NCBI GenBank assembly: GCA_038087875.1
Contig: CM075981.1
Coordinates: 868,001-932,000 of the forward strand
From: Malacoraja senta
Lineage: Eukaryota
Length of the DNA stretch: 64,000 nucleotides
Reading direction: 5' to 3'
Positions 25,871 through 38,099 of this stretch are shown piece after piece. The notes under the pieces are model-generated. The model had not been told where the DNA came from and did no database searches. It worked only from the letters and a program-made list of their open reading frames with translations. A program made the position numbers and the translations under genes. How positions within the stretch are numbered: position 1 is the first letter of the stretch; each line of letters begins with the position of its first letter.

Positions 25871-27060
25871 GAATGGGTAGACAAAAATGCTGGAGAAACT
25901 CAGCAGGTGAGGCAGCATCTATGGAGCGAAGGAAATAGGGGACGTTTCGGGTCGAGGACCCTTCTTCAGACTGATGTGAGGGTGAGGGGGATGGGAAGAA
26001 GAAAGGAAGAGTTGGAGACAGTGGGCTGAGGGAAAGCTGGGAAGGGGAGGAGAAAGCAGGGATTACCTGAAATTGAAGAAGTCAATGTTCATACCGCTGG
26101 GGTGTAAACTGCCCAAGCAAAATATGAGGTGCTGCTCCTCCAGTTTACGGTGGGCCTCACTCTGGCCATGAAAGAGGCCCAGGACAGAATGGTCAGATTC
26201 GTAATGGGAGGGGGAGTTGAAGTGCTGAGCCACCGGGAGATCAGGTTGGTTATTGCGGACCGAGCGGACGTGTTGGGCGAAGCGATCGCCAAGCCTACGC
26301 TTGGTCTCACCGACGTAGAGCAGCTGACACGTAGGGCAGTGGATGCAATAGATGAGGTTGGAGGAGGTGCAGGTGAACCTCTGCCGCACCTGGAAAGACT
26401 GCTTGGGTCTTTGAATGGAGTGAAGGAGGGAGGTAAAGTGACAAGTGTAGCATTTCCTGCGGTTGCAAGGGAAAGTGCCAGGAGAGGGGGTGGTTTGGGT
26501 GGGAAGGGATGAACTGATCATGGAGTTACGGAGGAAGCGGTCTCTGCGGAAAGCCAACAGGGGAGGGGATGGGAAGATGTGGCCAGTGGTGGGATCCCAT
26601 TGGTAGACAAAAAAAGCTGGAGAAAATCAGTGGGTAAGGCAGCATCTATGGAGCGAAGGAATAGACGATGTTTCGGGTCGAGATCATTCTTCAGACTGAT
26701 GTCAGGGGGGGGGGGGGGAGACACGAAAAAAAAAGGAAGAGGCGGAGACAGTAGGCTTTGTGAGAGCTGGGAATGGGAGGGGAGGAGGGAGAAAGCAAGG
26801 GACTACCTGAAATTAGAGAAGCCAATGTTTCATACCGCTGGGGTGTAAACTACCCAAGCAAAATATGAGGTGCTGCTCCTCCAATATGTGGCGGGCCTCG
26901 CTCTGGCCATGGAGGAGGCCCAGGACAGAAAGGTCGGATTTGGAATGGGAGGGGGAGTTGAAGTGTTGAGCTACCGGGAGATCAGGTTGGTTATTGCGAA
27001 CTAAGTGGAGGTGTTGTGCGAAGCGATCGCCAAGCCTGCATTTGGTCTCACCGAGGTTGA
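25870..27060 (-). mobile_element. Penelope-like element: GIY-YIG endonuclease fragments with pseudo-LTRs (two tandem partial units)
   Basis: NLIYCIHC..CQLLYVGETKRRLGDRFAQH...LEEQHLIF.LGSLHPSGMN; flanking pLTRs contain a hammerhead-like core. Confidence 0.88.
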
Positions 27061-27119
27061 TCATACGCTGGATAATCCAACCACATTTTTGTTTGGATGT
27101 GGAAAGAAATAATAGAAAT

Positions 27120-27427
27120 TGCATTCATTGCAATGTGTTAAAAGAGTTGAGATACTGTATTATAATTTTGCTGCATGTCATTGTGGTATATATCATGTCT
27201 TGATTGGTGAATATGTTTAGTTTGTGACTTTATTCGAAGCAGAAATAATATGTGAATGCTTCATTGAGCATAAGTCCGACTGGTAACTACGCACTTCGTC
27301 CAAGCACATTATCGCACGCGTCATGCAAGCCGTCTTAAACGACCAGCTAAACTGTCATTTGGCAACGTAAAAGTTGCCAAGTTTTGCCCGGCTGACTACA
27401 GAGAAAAAAAATTAAGTGAGAGCCCTG
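27120..27427. mobile_element. Probable hAT-like DNA transposon end
   Basis: Ends in GAGAGCCCTG (reverse CAGGGCTCTC, hAT-like TIR) with subterminal GGCAAC/GTTGCC motifs; the partner end was not found. Confidence 0.3.
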
Positions 27428-28399
27428 CAAGGTGTATAATATTTTTGACACTGTCATAGGCCTTTCTTACATATGCTGTCACAACGCACTGTAGTCTCTA
27501 AACAACTCTTCAGTAATTTGCCTTGCCCTCCATTTCAGAATAATAGTGTTTTAAGCCAATAACTCGACACTAGCACTTGCAACAAATAAATAAATAAAAA
27601 GCGCAGCTTTCCAGCCCCTTATCTCATTGGCCACACTCGGCTGCACATCGGTGTCAATCTGGTGGACCATCTTCCTCTAGTCATGGGGGTGGGGGATTGG
27701 GAGGGGCCTCACAAGTGGAAAAGCTTAGGGCCTTTCTTCATCTAAATCCGGCCCTGGTTGTTCTGTACTTTCCCATACCTCTAGTTTCCCCCTCCCTGAC
27801 ACAGTCTGATGAAGGGTCTCGACCCAAAATGATTCCTATTCAAATTTCTCCAGAGATGCTGCCTGACCCGCTGAGTTACTCCAGCATTTTGTGTTTATCC
27901 GAGACTATGATTGATTGTGAAATAAGCAAAATGGGAGTTTTATTTTTATAAAGTTCATCTAAGTAATAGCTTCAAAGTGTAGTTGCTCCCATTCCATTTT
28001 GTAAACACTTTTACAGTTTTCCTAGTTTCTTATTAAAAGCTGTTGTGGAATAACATTGTCTCCACATAGGTTCTCTCCAAATTATACTACACCGATTATT
28101 TAAGATACGATGTATGAAAAATAAAATGGCTCCAGATCATGGATGAAGAAAATAAAATGAGGAACTTGACAGCTTCAACAGCATTTTCAACATTAATAAT
28201 CATTATTCATATATCATATATATGGTCTATGGTATATAGGCACACTGAACTTTTATCTCCTGTTCTGTATTATGTTTACATATTCTGTTGTGCTGTAGCA
28301 AGCAAGAATATCATTGTCCTATCTGAGACACATGACAATAAAACTCTTGACCCTTGACTCTTTTACCATTCTAAGCTAATCTTGCTGTAGTCCACGGTA

Positions 28400-28915
28400 A
28401 ACATAGAAACATAGAAAATAGGTGCAGGAGTAGGCCATTCGAGGCCTGCACCGCCATTCAATATGATCATGGCTGATCATCTAACTCAGTATCCTGTACC
28501 TGCTTTCTCTCCATACCCTCTGATCCCTTTAGCCACAAGGGCCACATCTAACTCCCTCTTAAATGTAGCCAATGAACTGGCCTCAACTACCCTTCTGTAG
28601 TAGAGAGTTCCAGAGATTCATCACTCTCTGTGTGAAAAATGTTTTCCTCATCTTGGTCCTAAAAGATTTCCCCCTTATCCTTAAACTGTGACCCCTTGTT
28701 CTGGACTTTCCCAACATCGGGAACAATCTTCCTGCATCTAGCCTGTCCAAAACCCTTAAGAATTTTGTACATTTCTATAAGATCCCCCCCTCAATCTTCT
28801 AAATTCTAGCGAGTACAAACCGAGTCTATCCAGTCTTTCTTCATATGAAAGTCCTGACATCCCAGGAATCAGTCCTGGTGAACCTTCTCTGTACTCCCTC
28901 TATGGCAAGAATGTC
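28400..28915 (-). mobile_element. CR1 3' fragment
   Basis: Near-identical to 8430-8950. Confidence 0.85.
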
Positions 28916-29313
28916 TTATGTTTGGTAACCCTTCTGTCCCCTTTGTCAAATGCAACTTCTGCCAATGTCACTGATTATCAAAGCCATAATTTATGGTCTT
29001 GAACTCAATGTCTTTCTGGGCCATTACAGGCAGCCAATTAGTGGTCACACATTTTTGGTGGGTGTGGAAGGTGGGGGAGGGAGGGGGGGATGGGGCTGAG
29101 GCAGGGGCAGGTAGGGTGACAGGTAACACCCGGAGAAAGTGAGGGATGATGGGAGGAAGATGAGGAGGGGGGAGATTTGAGACTAGAGGCCAGTATGTGG
29201 TAGGGGAAAAGTACAAGGGAATAAACAGGGTTCAAATGAATTAGATGGAGATATCTGATGGTGAGTAGACTTACCGAGCAACAATACATCCAACACTACC
29301 ACACTCTCTCTGT

Positions 29314-29615
29314 GGGCAGCACGGTGGCGCAGGGGTAGAGTTGCCTGCCACACAGCTCCAGATTACCCAGGTTCGATCTTGACTACAGGTGCTGTCTGAA
29401 CGGAGTTTGTACGTTCTCCCTGTGACCATGTGGGTTTTTTTCCGCATGCTCCGATTTCCTCCCACACTCCAAAGACGTGCAGGTTTGTACGATAATTGAC
29501 TTCACTAAAAATGTACATCGTCCTTAGTATGTGTAGTGGGATAGAGTTAGCTAGCTAGCGTGGACTTGGTGGGCAGAAGATCCTGTTTCTGCACTGTATC
29601 TTGAAAGTAAAGTGT
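29314..29615 (+). mobile_element. HE1-type V-SINE
   Basis: Head, core and (AAAGT)n tail. Confidence 0.8.
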
Positions 29616-29984
29616 AAAGTCAGTTCTTCAAGGGCAGATTCATCCTAGATCTCTGTAGTGGAAAGAAAACCCTAGAATGTACTGACCCGGGTGGGGGGGA
29701 GTACAGTCATGGCTGGTCCCAACAATGACAATGACTGCACTTCAGACTAAAATCAATGGGGAACAAGGGCTGAAAAGGGCCATGCATGGAGAGGGAGCGC
29801 AAATTCGTGGATGATCAAGGAGGCTTCCCCTCCCCTGCCATTACCACCCCCCCCCCCCCACCACCATCCCTCTCTGCCAGCTTTCCCCTTCCTACTAAAG
29901 TTTGCCTGGATAAAGGTCCTGACCCGAAACGTCACCTGCCCATTCCCTCCACAGATGCTGCCTGATCTGCTGGAGTAACACTTT

Positions 29985-30190
29985 TTAAAAATACAAATAC
30001 TATTACTCAGAAACAAAAACAAACATACAAAAAAATGTAACACGATCAAAACTGCCTTTGTAGCATTTTACAAAACAACAGCCATCAATTTAAAAATAAC
30101 GTGGTCATCATCGGTAATTACATTCGACCTCCCGCGGTGACCAGCGTTCACGCAAGGCGTCCAAAGTCGCTGAGTTACACCGGGGACTTT
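29985..30190 (-). mobile_element. Tx1-clade L1 3' end
   Basis: Reverse strand encodes an RERWSPREVEC-like Tx1 C-terminus; homologous to 56936-57140. Confidence 0.6.
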
Positions 30191-30460
30191 GTGATTAGCG
30201 CAAGGGTAAGTGAATGTCCAGACATGGGTTGGACCATTCATCGTTGGTTTGGGCAAGAGAGGGTGGGCCAGCAAACGCTGTGATAAGTGGATTTGTCCCT
30301 GTACATTTCCCTCTCAATTTCAGGTGCACTGTTGGCAAAGCAATATACAAGAGGATTTGTGGGATGAGCGATCACAATCGATTGTCATTTTGGAGATGAG
30401 TAGCGCTCACACACAAAATACTGATGTCTTTGGAGGAGTCACCAGTGCACAGTTTTAGTT

Positions 30461-31580
30461 TAAGAAGGAACTGCAGATGCTGGAAAGTCGAAGGTAGACA
30501 AAAATGCTGTAGAAACTCAGCGGGTGAGGCAGCATCCAGGGGGCGAAGGAAATAGGCGACGTTTCGGGTCGAGACCCTTCTTCATACTGATGTGGGGTGG
30601 GGGGACGCGAACAAGAAAGGAAGAGGAGGAGACAGTGGGCTGTGGGAGAGCTGGGAATGGAGGGGAAAGAGGAAAAAGCGGGGGACTACCTGAAATTGGA
30701 GAAGTCAATGTTCATACCGCTGGGGTGAAAACCACCCAAGCGAAATGTGAGGTGCTGCTTCTCCAATTTACAGTGGGCCTCACTCTGGCCATGGAGGAGG
30801 CCCAGGAAAGAAAGTTCAGATTCGTAATGGGAGGGGTAGTTGAAGTGCTGATCCACCGGGACATCAGGTTGGTTATTTCGAACCGAGCAGAGGTGTTAGG
30901 TGAAGCGATCGGCAAACCTACGCTTGGTCTCGCCGACGTAGAGCAGCTGACACCGAGAGCAGAGGATGTAATAGATGAGGTTGGAGGAAGTGCAGGTGAA
31001 CCTCTACCGCACCTGGAAAGACTGCTTAGGTCCTTGGATGGAGTCAAGGGGAGAGACAAGTGTAGCATTTGCTGCGGTTGCAAGGGAAAGTACCAGGGGA
31101 GGGGGTGGTTTGGGTGGGAAGGGACAAATTGACCAGGGAGTTACAGAGGGAACGGTCTCAGCAGAAATCGGAAAGGGGAGGAGATGGGAAGATGTGGCCA
31201 GTGGTGGGATCCCATTGGAGGTGGCGAAAATGTCGGAGGATTATCTGGTGTATGTGACGGCTGGTCGGGTGGAAGGTGCGGACAACGGGGACCCTGCCCT
31301 TGTTATGTGGGGGGGGGGTGGGGAGTGAGAGCAGAGTTACGTATAGAAGAGACCCTGGTGAGAGCCTCATCTATAGTAGAAGAGGGGAACCCCCGTTCCC
31401 AAAAGAATGATGACATCTCTGATGGTTGGAGGAGCCCACCTCCAACTGGGCAGTTTACACCCCAGCAGTATGAACATTGACTTCTACAATATCAGGTAGT
31501 CCCGCTATCTCCTTCTTTCCCCTACCCTTCCCAACTCTCCCACAGCCCACTGTCTCCGCCTCTTTCTTTCTTCTACCCAG
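30461..31580 (-). mobile_element. Penelope-like element fragment with an inverted terminal piece
   Basis: GIY-YIG region on the minus strand; inverted copy of its end at about 31425-31580. Confidence 0.8.
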
Positions 31581-31872
31581 CACGAAACAGGCCCTTCTGC
31601 CCTCCATGTCCACCAGCGATCCCCGCACATTAACACCATCCCACACCCACTCTGGACAATTTTTACATTTTTTACCAAGCCAATTAACCTACAAACATGC
31701 ACGTCTTTGGAATGTGGGAGGAAACCGAAGATCTCTGAGAAAACCCACGCAGGTCACGGGGAGAACGTACAAACTCCGTACAGACAGCACCCGTAATAAG
31801 GATCGAACCCAGGTCTCTGGCGCTGCATTCGTTGCAAGTCAGCAACTCCACCGCTGCACCACCGTGACTGCC
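31580..31872 (-). mobile_element. HE1-type V-SINE
   Basis: Core and head present. Confidence 0.8.
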
Positions 31873-32049
31873 CAAACAAATGGGCAACATGGACGGAGTG
31901 GAAGAGTGTCAATGACAGCTCAAGGGTAACCCAGACACGGGTGGGACCATTCGGCCCATCGTTGGTTAGTGGAAGAGTTGGTGGGCCAGCAAACGCTGTG
32001 TTAAGTACTTACTGGGAGAAACCGATATGCATCGTTAGGCCGTTTAGGT

Positions 32050-33677
32050 CTGAGATCAGGAAAAACTTTTTGACCCAGAGAGTTGTGAATCTGTAGAATT
32101 CTCTGTCACAGAAGGCAGTGGTTGTTTTCAAGAGCTCGAAGGGCTAACGAAATCAAGGGATATGGGGAAAAAGATGGAACTGATTTTAGATGATCAGCCA
32201 CGGTCATATTGAATGGCGGTGCTGGCTCGAAGGGCCGAATGGCCTACTCCTGCGCCTATGTTTCTATGTATCCAGTTGGGAGTGCGCGGTGGTGGGCACA
32301 GGGAAGATGGGGGGGGGGGGGTGGTGGGTGGAGCGAGCTCTGTCCTTCCATTCACAACTGCTAGATTTTCTGGGAAGCCACCAACCGACACTAAGACCGG
32401 GAGATGCCGCTCCCAGCAGCGTGACGAGCGATAGACGAGGAAACGCCAGCAATGCTGAGGGGACAGACGAGACAATGTTGGTTTGGAAGATAGATACTAA
32501 ATACTGGAGTAACTCAGCTGATCAGACAGCATCTATGGAGCTAAGGAATAGGTGCCATTTCGAGATCTAGATCCTACTACAGACCGAGAGTCAGGGGAAA
32601 GGGAAACGAGAGATATAGACGGTTGTGTAGAGAGAAATAGAGCAAATGAATTAAATATATGCAAAAAGTAAAAATGATAAAAGAAGTATGCCATTGCTGT
32701 GTAGTAAGTGAGAACTAGTTACAGACAACGAGATTCAACAAGAAGTTGGTACGACTCATGTGGGGGGGGGGGGAGATGGAGAGAGAGGGGATGCAAGGGT
32801 TACTTGAAGTTAGATAAATCAACATACATACCATTGGGGTGTAATCCACTGAAGGGAAATATGAGACGCTGTTTCCTACCACTAGGTTGGAGATGGCAGA
32901 GACGTTTCCAATTGTAACGAGGGCGTCCATTCAGTGATGGGTGAACTGGTCCGGTGTTGGTGTGGAGGTGAATGTTGTCCTGATCATTCCGAATATGCAC
33001 CCGATTCCTCGTGTTCATTTTCAGCTGATTTGTCCTCTCAGTTTCAGGTGCGGTGTGGGGAAAGACATATGTAGGAGGAGTTGTGGGAAGAGCGGTCACG
33101 GTTGATTGTCACTATGAAGCAGAGTACCGCTCACGCCCAAAATACTGGTGTCACGGGTGGACTCGCCAGTGTGGAGTTTTATTGGAAACAAATGGGCAAC
33201 ACGGACGGAGAGGAAGAGCGTCAATCACAGATAACCCGACACGAGGAATATTTACTGTGACTTTGGAGGATCTTCGCTCTGGAGATACAGGATGGTACAG
33301 CTGTGGAATTGCTGCACTTGCCTTGGATCCATTGTTTAACGTTCATCTCCAAGTATCTGACGGTACGTTTCTCAGCGATTGACGACGTCTCCACTGAAAA
33401 GCCTGATCCATGTTTTCTCCGGGAAGGGTCAGGGCAGCACCGATATCCCGAGGCTCCGCAGCAGTGCAGAGACCTGCGGGAGCGGGCGGGGGTCGGGAAA
33501 CTCACTCGTGTTGCTCTCACCCATTGCGGGTTCTGTCCCACTGAGCGGCCACCCACTTCAAGTGGGATGCTCAGCACATATCCCTGCCTCTGAACTGTGT
33601 TAAATGTTACCCTGTTAGAGGTTTGAGTTCCCACTCAAACTAATAATCCGACGGGAACAGATCAGTGAGAAACAAGT
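32050..33677 (+). repeat. Tandem segmental duplication, unit 1 (partner 35529-37123), containing the V exon
   Basis: Co-linear and highly similar across CR1 tail, unique sequence, PLE pieces and the V exon. Confidence 0.92.
33048..33362 (+). CDS. Ig V-domain exon (V1) of a CD300/pIgR/MDIR-like receptor
   Basis: TTTCAG|GT...GAC G|GTACGT, 315 bp, phase 1-1; AVWGKTYVGGVVGRAVTVDCHY...KYWCHGWTRQC...DTGWYSCG with the extra C-C' cysteine pair typical of CD300/pIgR/TREM V domains. Confidence 0.92.
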
Positions 33678-34126
33678 CGTCTGGTCTGAATATCTGGAGA
33701 ATCATAAACAGGGAATCAGTCCCGTGAGTTCAACAGACTGAGTTCAATCCTCCAGGGGCAGGCCAGCACACACCCCGCCCCCACCTCAGGGATCACACAC
33801 TCCCTCCCCACCCAGCGGTCTCTCTCTCTCTCTCCCTCTGTCCCGTCAATGCGCCCCACCCCGATATCAGCACCAATGGGTTCCCTTCCGGTTGCAGGTC
33901 ACTTAATCCAAGCGCAACTATAGCCTCTCTCTATACCCACCGAACATTGGACAGATGTACGACACGTGAACAAAACCATGAGTGCTGGAAGAACTTAGCG
34001 GGTCAGGTAGCATCTGTGGAGGGAATGGACAAAACCAACTCGAGTCATGACCCTCCTTCAGACAGACGGAATGAGGGAGGAGAAAGCTGGAATTGAGAGA
34101 TGGGAACGACACCTAGGGGGGAGGGG

Positions 34127-34128
<2 letters not shown>

Positions 34129-34176
<48 letters not shown>
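34129..34176. repeat. (GA)n microsatellite
   Basis: Directly visible. Confidence 0.95.
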
Positions 34177-34180
<4 letters not shown>

Positions 34181-34540
34181 ATATATATGCGGGGGGGGGG
34201 GGGGCGATAGTGAGGTATTGTTTGAAATCCGTGAATACAATGTTCATACCGTTGTGTTGTCCGATTGTCAGGGGGAATATAAGGTGCTGTTTCTCTTTCA
34301 AAATCGTTTTGGCAATGGAGATAAAGGGTGGAATGGGAATTGGAAGGGGACTTAAACGATTGGCAACCAGGATGTCCAGGCTCGCTTTTGTAAAGGCCGA
34401 GGTCATATTGCGAGCACCGAAGGCAGGGGACGAGGTTCGCGTGTACCTCTTCAAAAGTCGAGGTACAAGGGTGCCAGAATGGGAGAGTCTTTTATTTTCA
34501 GATGTTGACTTTGTATCCATTGTTTGCTCCTTTCCCACAG

Positions 34541-34843
34541 AACCTGTGTCTGTTCCTGTGCTTGAATTACTGTCACCAGCCAATGTCTCCTGTGTCGGAA
34601 TGACAGTGTCCTGTAAGTCTGAGCGGGGATCTCTTCCCATTAGCTACACCTGGTATGAAAATACCTCAAAGATATCAAATAGCAATAACCTGGATCTACG
34701 TTGTCAATCCTTCAAACACCAACGCCAACAATATTACTGCAAAGCCTCAAATAATCGTGGGACAAAGTCCAGTGAAATGGTTACCGTGGCAGTGTCCAAC
34801 TCCGGAGAGAATTGCAGTTGTGTGATGCATTTCGGTAACAATG
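34541..34843 (+). CDS. Ig C2/I-type domain exon
   Basis: CCCACAG|AA...AAT G|GTAAGT, 303 bp, phase 1-1; EPVSVPVLELLS...TVSCKSERGSLPISYTWY...QYYCKASNNRGTKSSE; in frame with V1. Confidence 0.92.
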
Positions 34844-34965
34844 GTAAGTGCTGGAGTGAATGACTGAATCGCCAGTTTGATTCCTGGGATGTTTTAGTGT
34901 TACGGGGAAAGATGGATTGGGATGATTCTGAAGACCCCACAAGATTCTACGTCCAGTCACGCAAG

Positions 34966-35245
34966 TTTACTTTAGAGATACAGCATAGACACAGGCCATT
35001 CGGCCCACCGAGATAGTGCCAACCAACAACCACCCGCACACCAATTCCATCAAACACCCTAAGGACAATTAACACAAGCTAATTAACCTACAAACATTTG
35101 GTATTTGTGGGAAGAACCGGAGAAAACACACGTGATTATTTGGAGAACGCATAAACTCCGTCACAGACAGCACCCGTAGACAGGATCGAACCCGGGTCTC
35201 TGGCGATGTAGGGCAGCAACTCTACCGCTGCGCCACCGAGCCGCC
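34966..35245 (-). mobile_element. HE1-type V-SINE
   Basis: Head, core and tail present. Confidence 0.8.
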
Positions 35246-35528
35246 TTCAAAATATAATTCCCATTAGGACATTTCAATATTCTTTGCCGATCGATCTGTT
35301 TTCTTGTTACTATGGCAGCTCAGAAAGCCAGATACGAGCGGGCGGGAGCCAGTGACAGTGTGCAATTGGTTAATCTGAAAATGCAATGTTTCTCTATCCA
35401 TTATTTTTATAGTGATTATAGTGATAGAGTGATATAGTTGATAGTGATGTCAATATACTTCATCCAATATGCCCCGGTGTCATAGAGAAATATAGTGTGG
35501 TAATAAGCCCTTCAGCCCAACTAGCCGA

Positions 35529-37123
35529 CTGAGATCAGAAAACACTTTTTGACCCAGAGAGTTGTGAATCTGTGGAATTCTCTGTCACAGAAGGCAGTGG
35601 TTGTTTTCAAGAGCTCGACGGGCTAACGAAATCAAGGGATATGGGGAAAAAGATGGAACGGGGATACTGATTTTAGATGATCAGCCATGATCATATTGAA
35701 TGGCGGTGCGGGCTCGAAGGGCCGAATGGCCTAATCCTACGACTATGTTTCTATGTATCCAGTTGGGAGTGCGGGGTGGTGGGCACAGGAAAGATGGGGG
35801 GGGGGGGGTGTGGAGCGAGCTCTGTCCTTCCATTCACAACTGCTAGATCTTCTGGGTAGCCACCAGCCGACACTAAGACCGGGAGATGCCGCTCCCAGCA
35901 GCGTGACGAGCGATAGACGAGGAAACGCCGGCAATGCTGAGGGGACAGAAGAGACAATGTTGGTTTGGAAGATAGATACTAAACACTGGAGTAACTCAGC
36001 TGATCAGACAGCATCTATGGAGCTAAGGAATAGGTGCCATTTCGAGATCTAGACCCTACTACAGACTGAGAGTCAGGGGGAAGGGAAATGAGAGATATAG
36101 ACGGTTGTGTAGAGAGATATAGGGCAAATGAATTAAATATATGCAAAAAGTAAAAATGATAAAAGAAGTAGGCCATTGCTGTGTAGTAAGTGAGAACTAG
36201 TTACAGACAATGAGATTCAACAAGAAGTTGGTACGACTCATGTGTGGGGGGGGAGATGGAGAGAGAGAGGGGATGCAAGGGTTACTTGAAGTTAGATAAA
36301 TCAATATACATACCATTGGGGTGTAATCCACCGAAGGGAAATATGAGATGCTGTTTCCTACCACTAGGTTGGAGATGGCAGAGACGCTTCCAATTGTAAC
36401 GAGGGCGTCCATTCAGTGCTGGGTGAACTGGTCTAGTGTTGGTGTGGAGGTGAATGTTGTCCTGATCATTCCGAATGTTCACCCGATTCCTCGTGTTCAT
36501 TTTCAGAAGATTTGTCCTCTCAGTTTCAGGTGCGGTGTGGGGAAAGACATATGTAGGAGGAGTTGTGGGAAGAGCGGTCACAGTTGATTGTCACTATGAA
36601 GCAGAGTACCGCTCACGCCCAAAATACTGGTGTCACGGGTGGACTCGCCAGTGTAGTGTTTTATTGGAAACAAATCGGGAACACGGACTGAGAGGAAGAG
36701 CGTCAATCACAGATAACCCGACACGAGGAATATTTACTGTGACTGTGGAGGATCTTCGCTCTGGAGATACAGGATGGTACAGCTGTGGAATTGCTGCACC
36801 TGGCTTGGATCCATTGTTTAATTGACTTGACGTCTCCACTAAAATGCCTGATCCATGTTTTCTCCGGGAAGGGTCAGGGCAGCACCGATATCCAGAGGCT
36901 CCGCAGCAGTGCAGAGACCTGCGGGGAGCGGGCGGGGGTCGGGAAACCCCACTCGTGTTGCTCTCACCCAGTGCGGGCTCTGCCCCACTGAGCGGCCACC
37001 CACTTCAAGTGGGATTGTCAGCACATTTCCCTGCCTCTGAACTGTATGAAATATCACCCTGTCAGAGGTTTGCATTCCGACTCAAACTAATAATCGGACA
37101 GGAACAGATCAGTGAGAAACAAG
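35529..37123 (+). repeat. Tandem segmental duplication, unit 2
   Basis: Copy of 32050-33677 at a spacing of about 3.48 kb. Confidence 0.92.
36530..36825 (+). pseudogene. Second V exon (V2): acceptor intact, about 39-bp deletion removes the G-strand end and donor, in-frame TGA follows
   Basis: Alignment to V1 shows CCATTGTTTA joined to ATTGAC; ORF ends DPLFN*. Confidence 0.85.
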
Positions 37124-37439
37124 TGTATCAAATGTATCAAAATGACATTTCTGTCCTAGGCCTCCTCCGTTGCCAGATTGTGGCCAGACGCAAATTGGAG
37201 AAACAACACTTCATATTCCGCTCGGGAAGTTTACAACCCAATGGCATGAACGTTGAATTCACCATTTTTAGATAACGAACAAATCCTGCCCCATTCCCAT
37301 CCAATCTGAACGTGCAAACATTTCTTCCACATTCCCATCCTCCGCCCCCCCACCCTCCATCCCCTGCCAATCCCCATCATGTTCCATCTCCATCCACTGT
37401 GGCAACAACAAGAAGTCAGATTATTATCGGAATGGTGTC

Positions 37440-38020
37440 AGATTATGAGAAGGGGAGGTGCAACGAGACCTGGGTGTGCTTGTACATCAATCACTGAAAA
37501 TAAGCATGCAGGTACAGCGGGCAGTGAAGAAAGCTGAATGGCATGTTGGCCTTCATTGTGAGAGGATTTGAGTTTAGGAGCAAGGAATTACAAAGTGCCC
37601 TGGTGAGACCGGGATGGCGGGACTGACATATGATGAAAGAATGGGTCGACTGGGCTTGTATTCGCTGAAATTTAGGATGAGAGGATATCTTACAGAAACA
37701 TATAACATTCTCAGAGGATTGGACCAGATAAATGCAGAAAAATGTTGAGGGAATCCGGAATGTTGGAGTAGTCTAGAACCAGGGGTCACAGTTTCAAAAT
37801 AAGGACTGAGATGCGGAAACCCCTTTTCAGCCAGGGAGTTGTGAATCTGTGGAATTCTCTGCCACAGAAGGCAGTGGAGGCCAATTCACTGGATGTTTCC
37901 AAGATGGAGTTTGATTTAGCTCTTAGGGCGAAGGGAATCAAGGGATATAGGGAAAAAGCCAGAATGGGGTACTAATCAGCCATGATCATATTAAATGGCG
38001 GTGCTGGCTCGAAGGGCCGA
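37440..38020 (+). mobile_element. CR1 3' fragment (degenerate)
   Basis: Reverse complement of the CR1 RT/3' region at 8500-9150. Confidence 0.75.
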
Positions 38021-38099
38021 ATGGCCTGCTCCTGCATCTATTTTCTATGTTTCTATGTTTCTATGCCACCTATTTCCCTTCCACTGAACCTCTGCCTCA

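Larger units (their letters stand above)
30324..31918 (+). pseudogene. Dead CD300/pIgR-like V exon (V0), split by PLE and SINE insertions
   Basis: Acceptor TTTCAG|GT; 30324-30460 reads ALLAKQYTRGFVG*AITIDCHFGDE*RSHTKY*CLWRSHQCTVLV (three stops); resumes at 31873 with QTNGQHGRSGRVSMT and is then truncated. Confidence 0.85.

Noticed and set aside
28050-28200. Faint similarity to the C2 exon (GSL..I.YT) and MDEENKMRNLTAS ORF
   Set aside because: Similarity is too short and gapped to separate from chance; no consistent frame or splice sites.
30195-30212. GTAAGT donor just upstream of V0 as a possible leader exon end
   Set aside because: An in-frame TAG lies two codons upstream, there is no ATG, and the upstream sequence is a Tx1 fragment.
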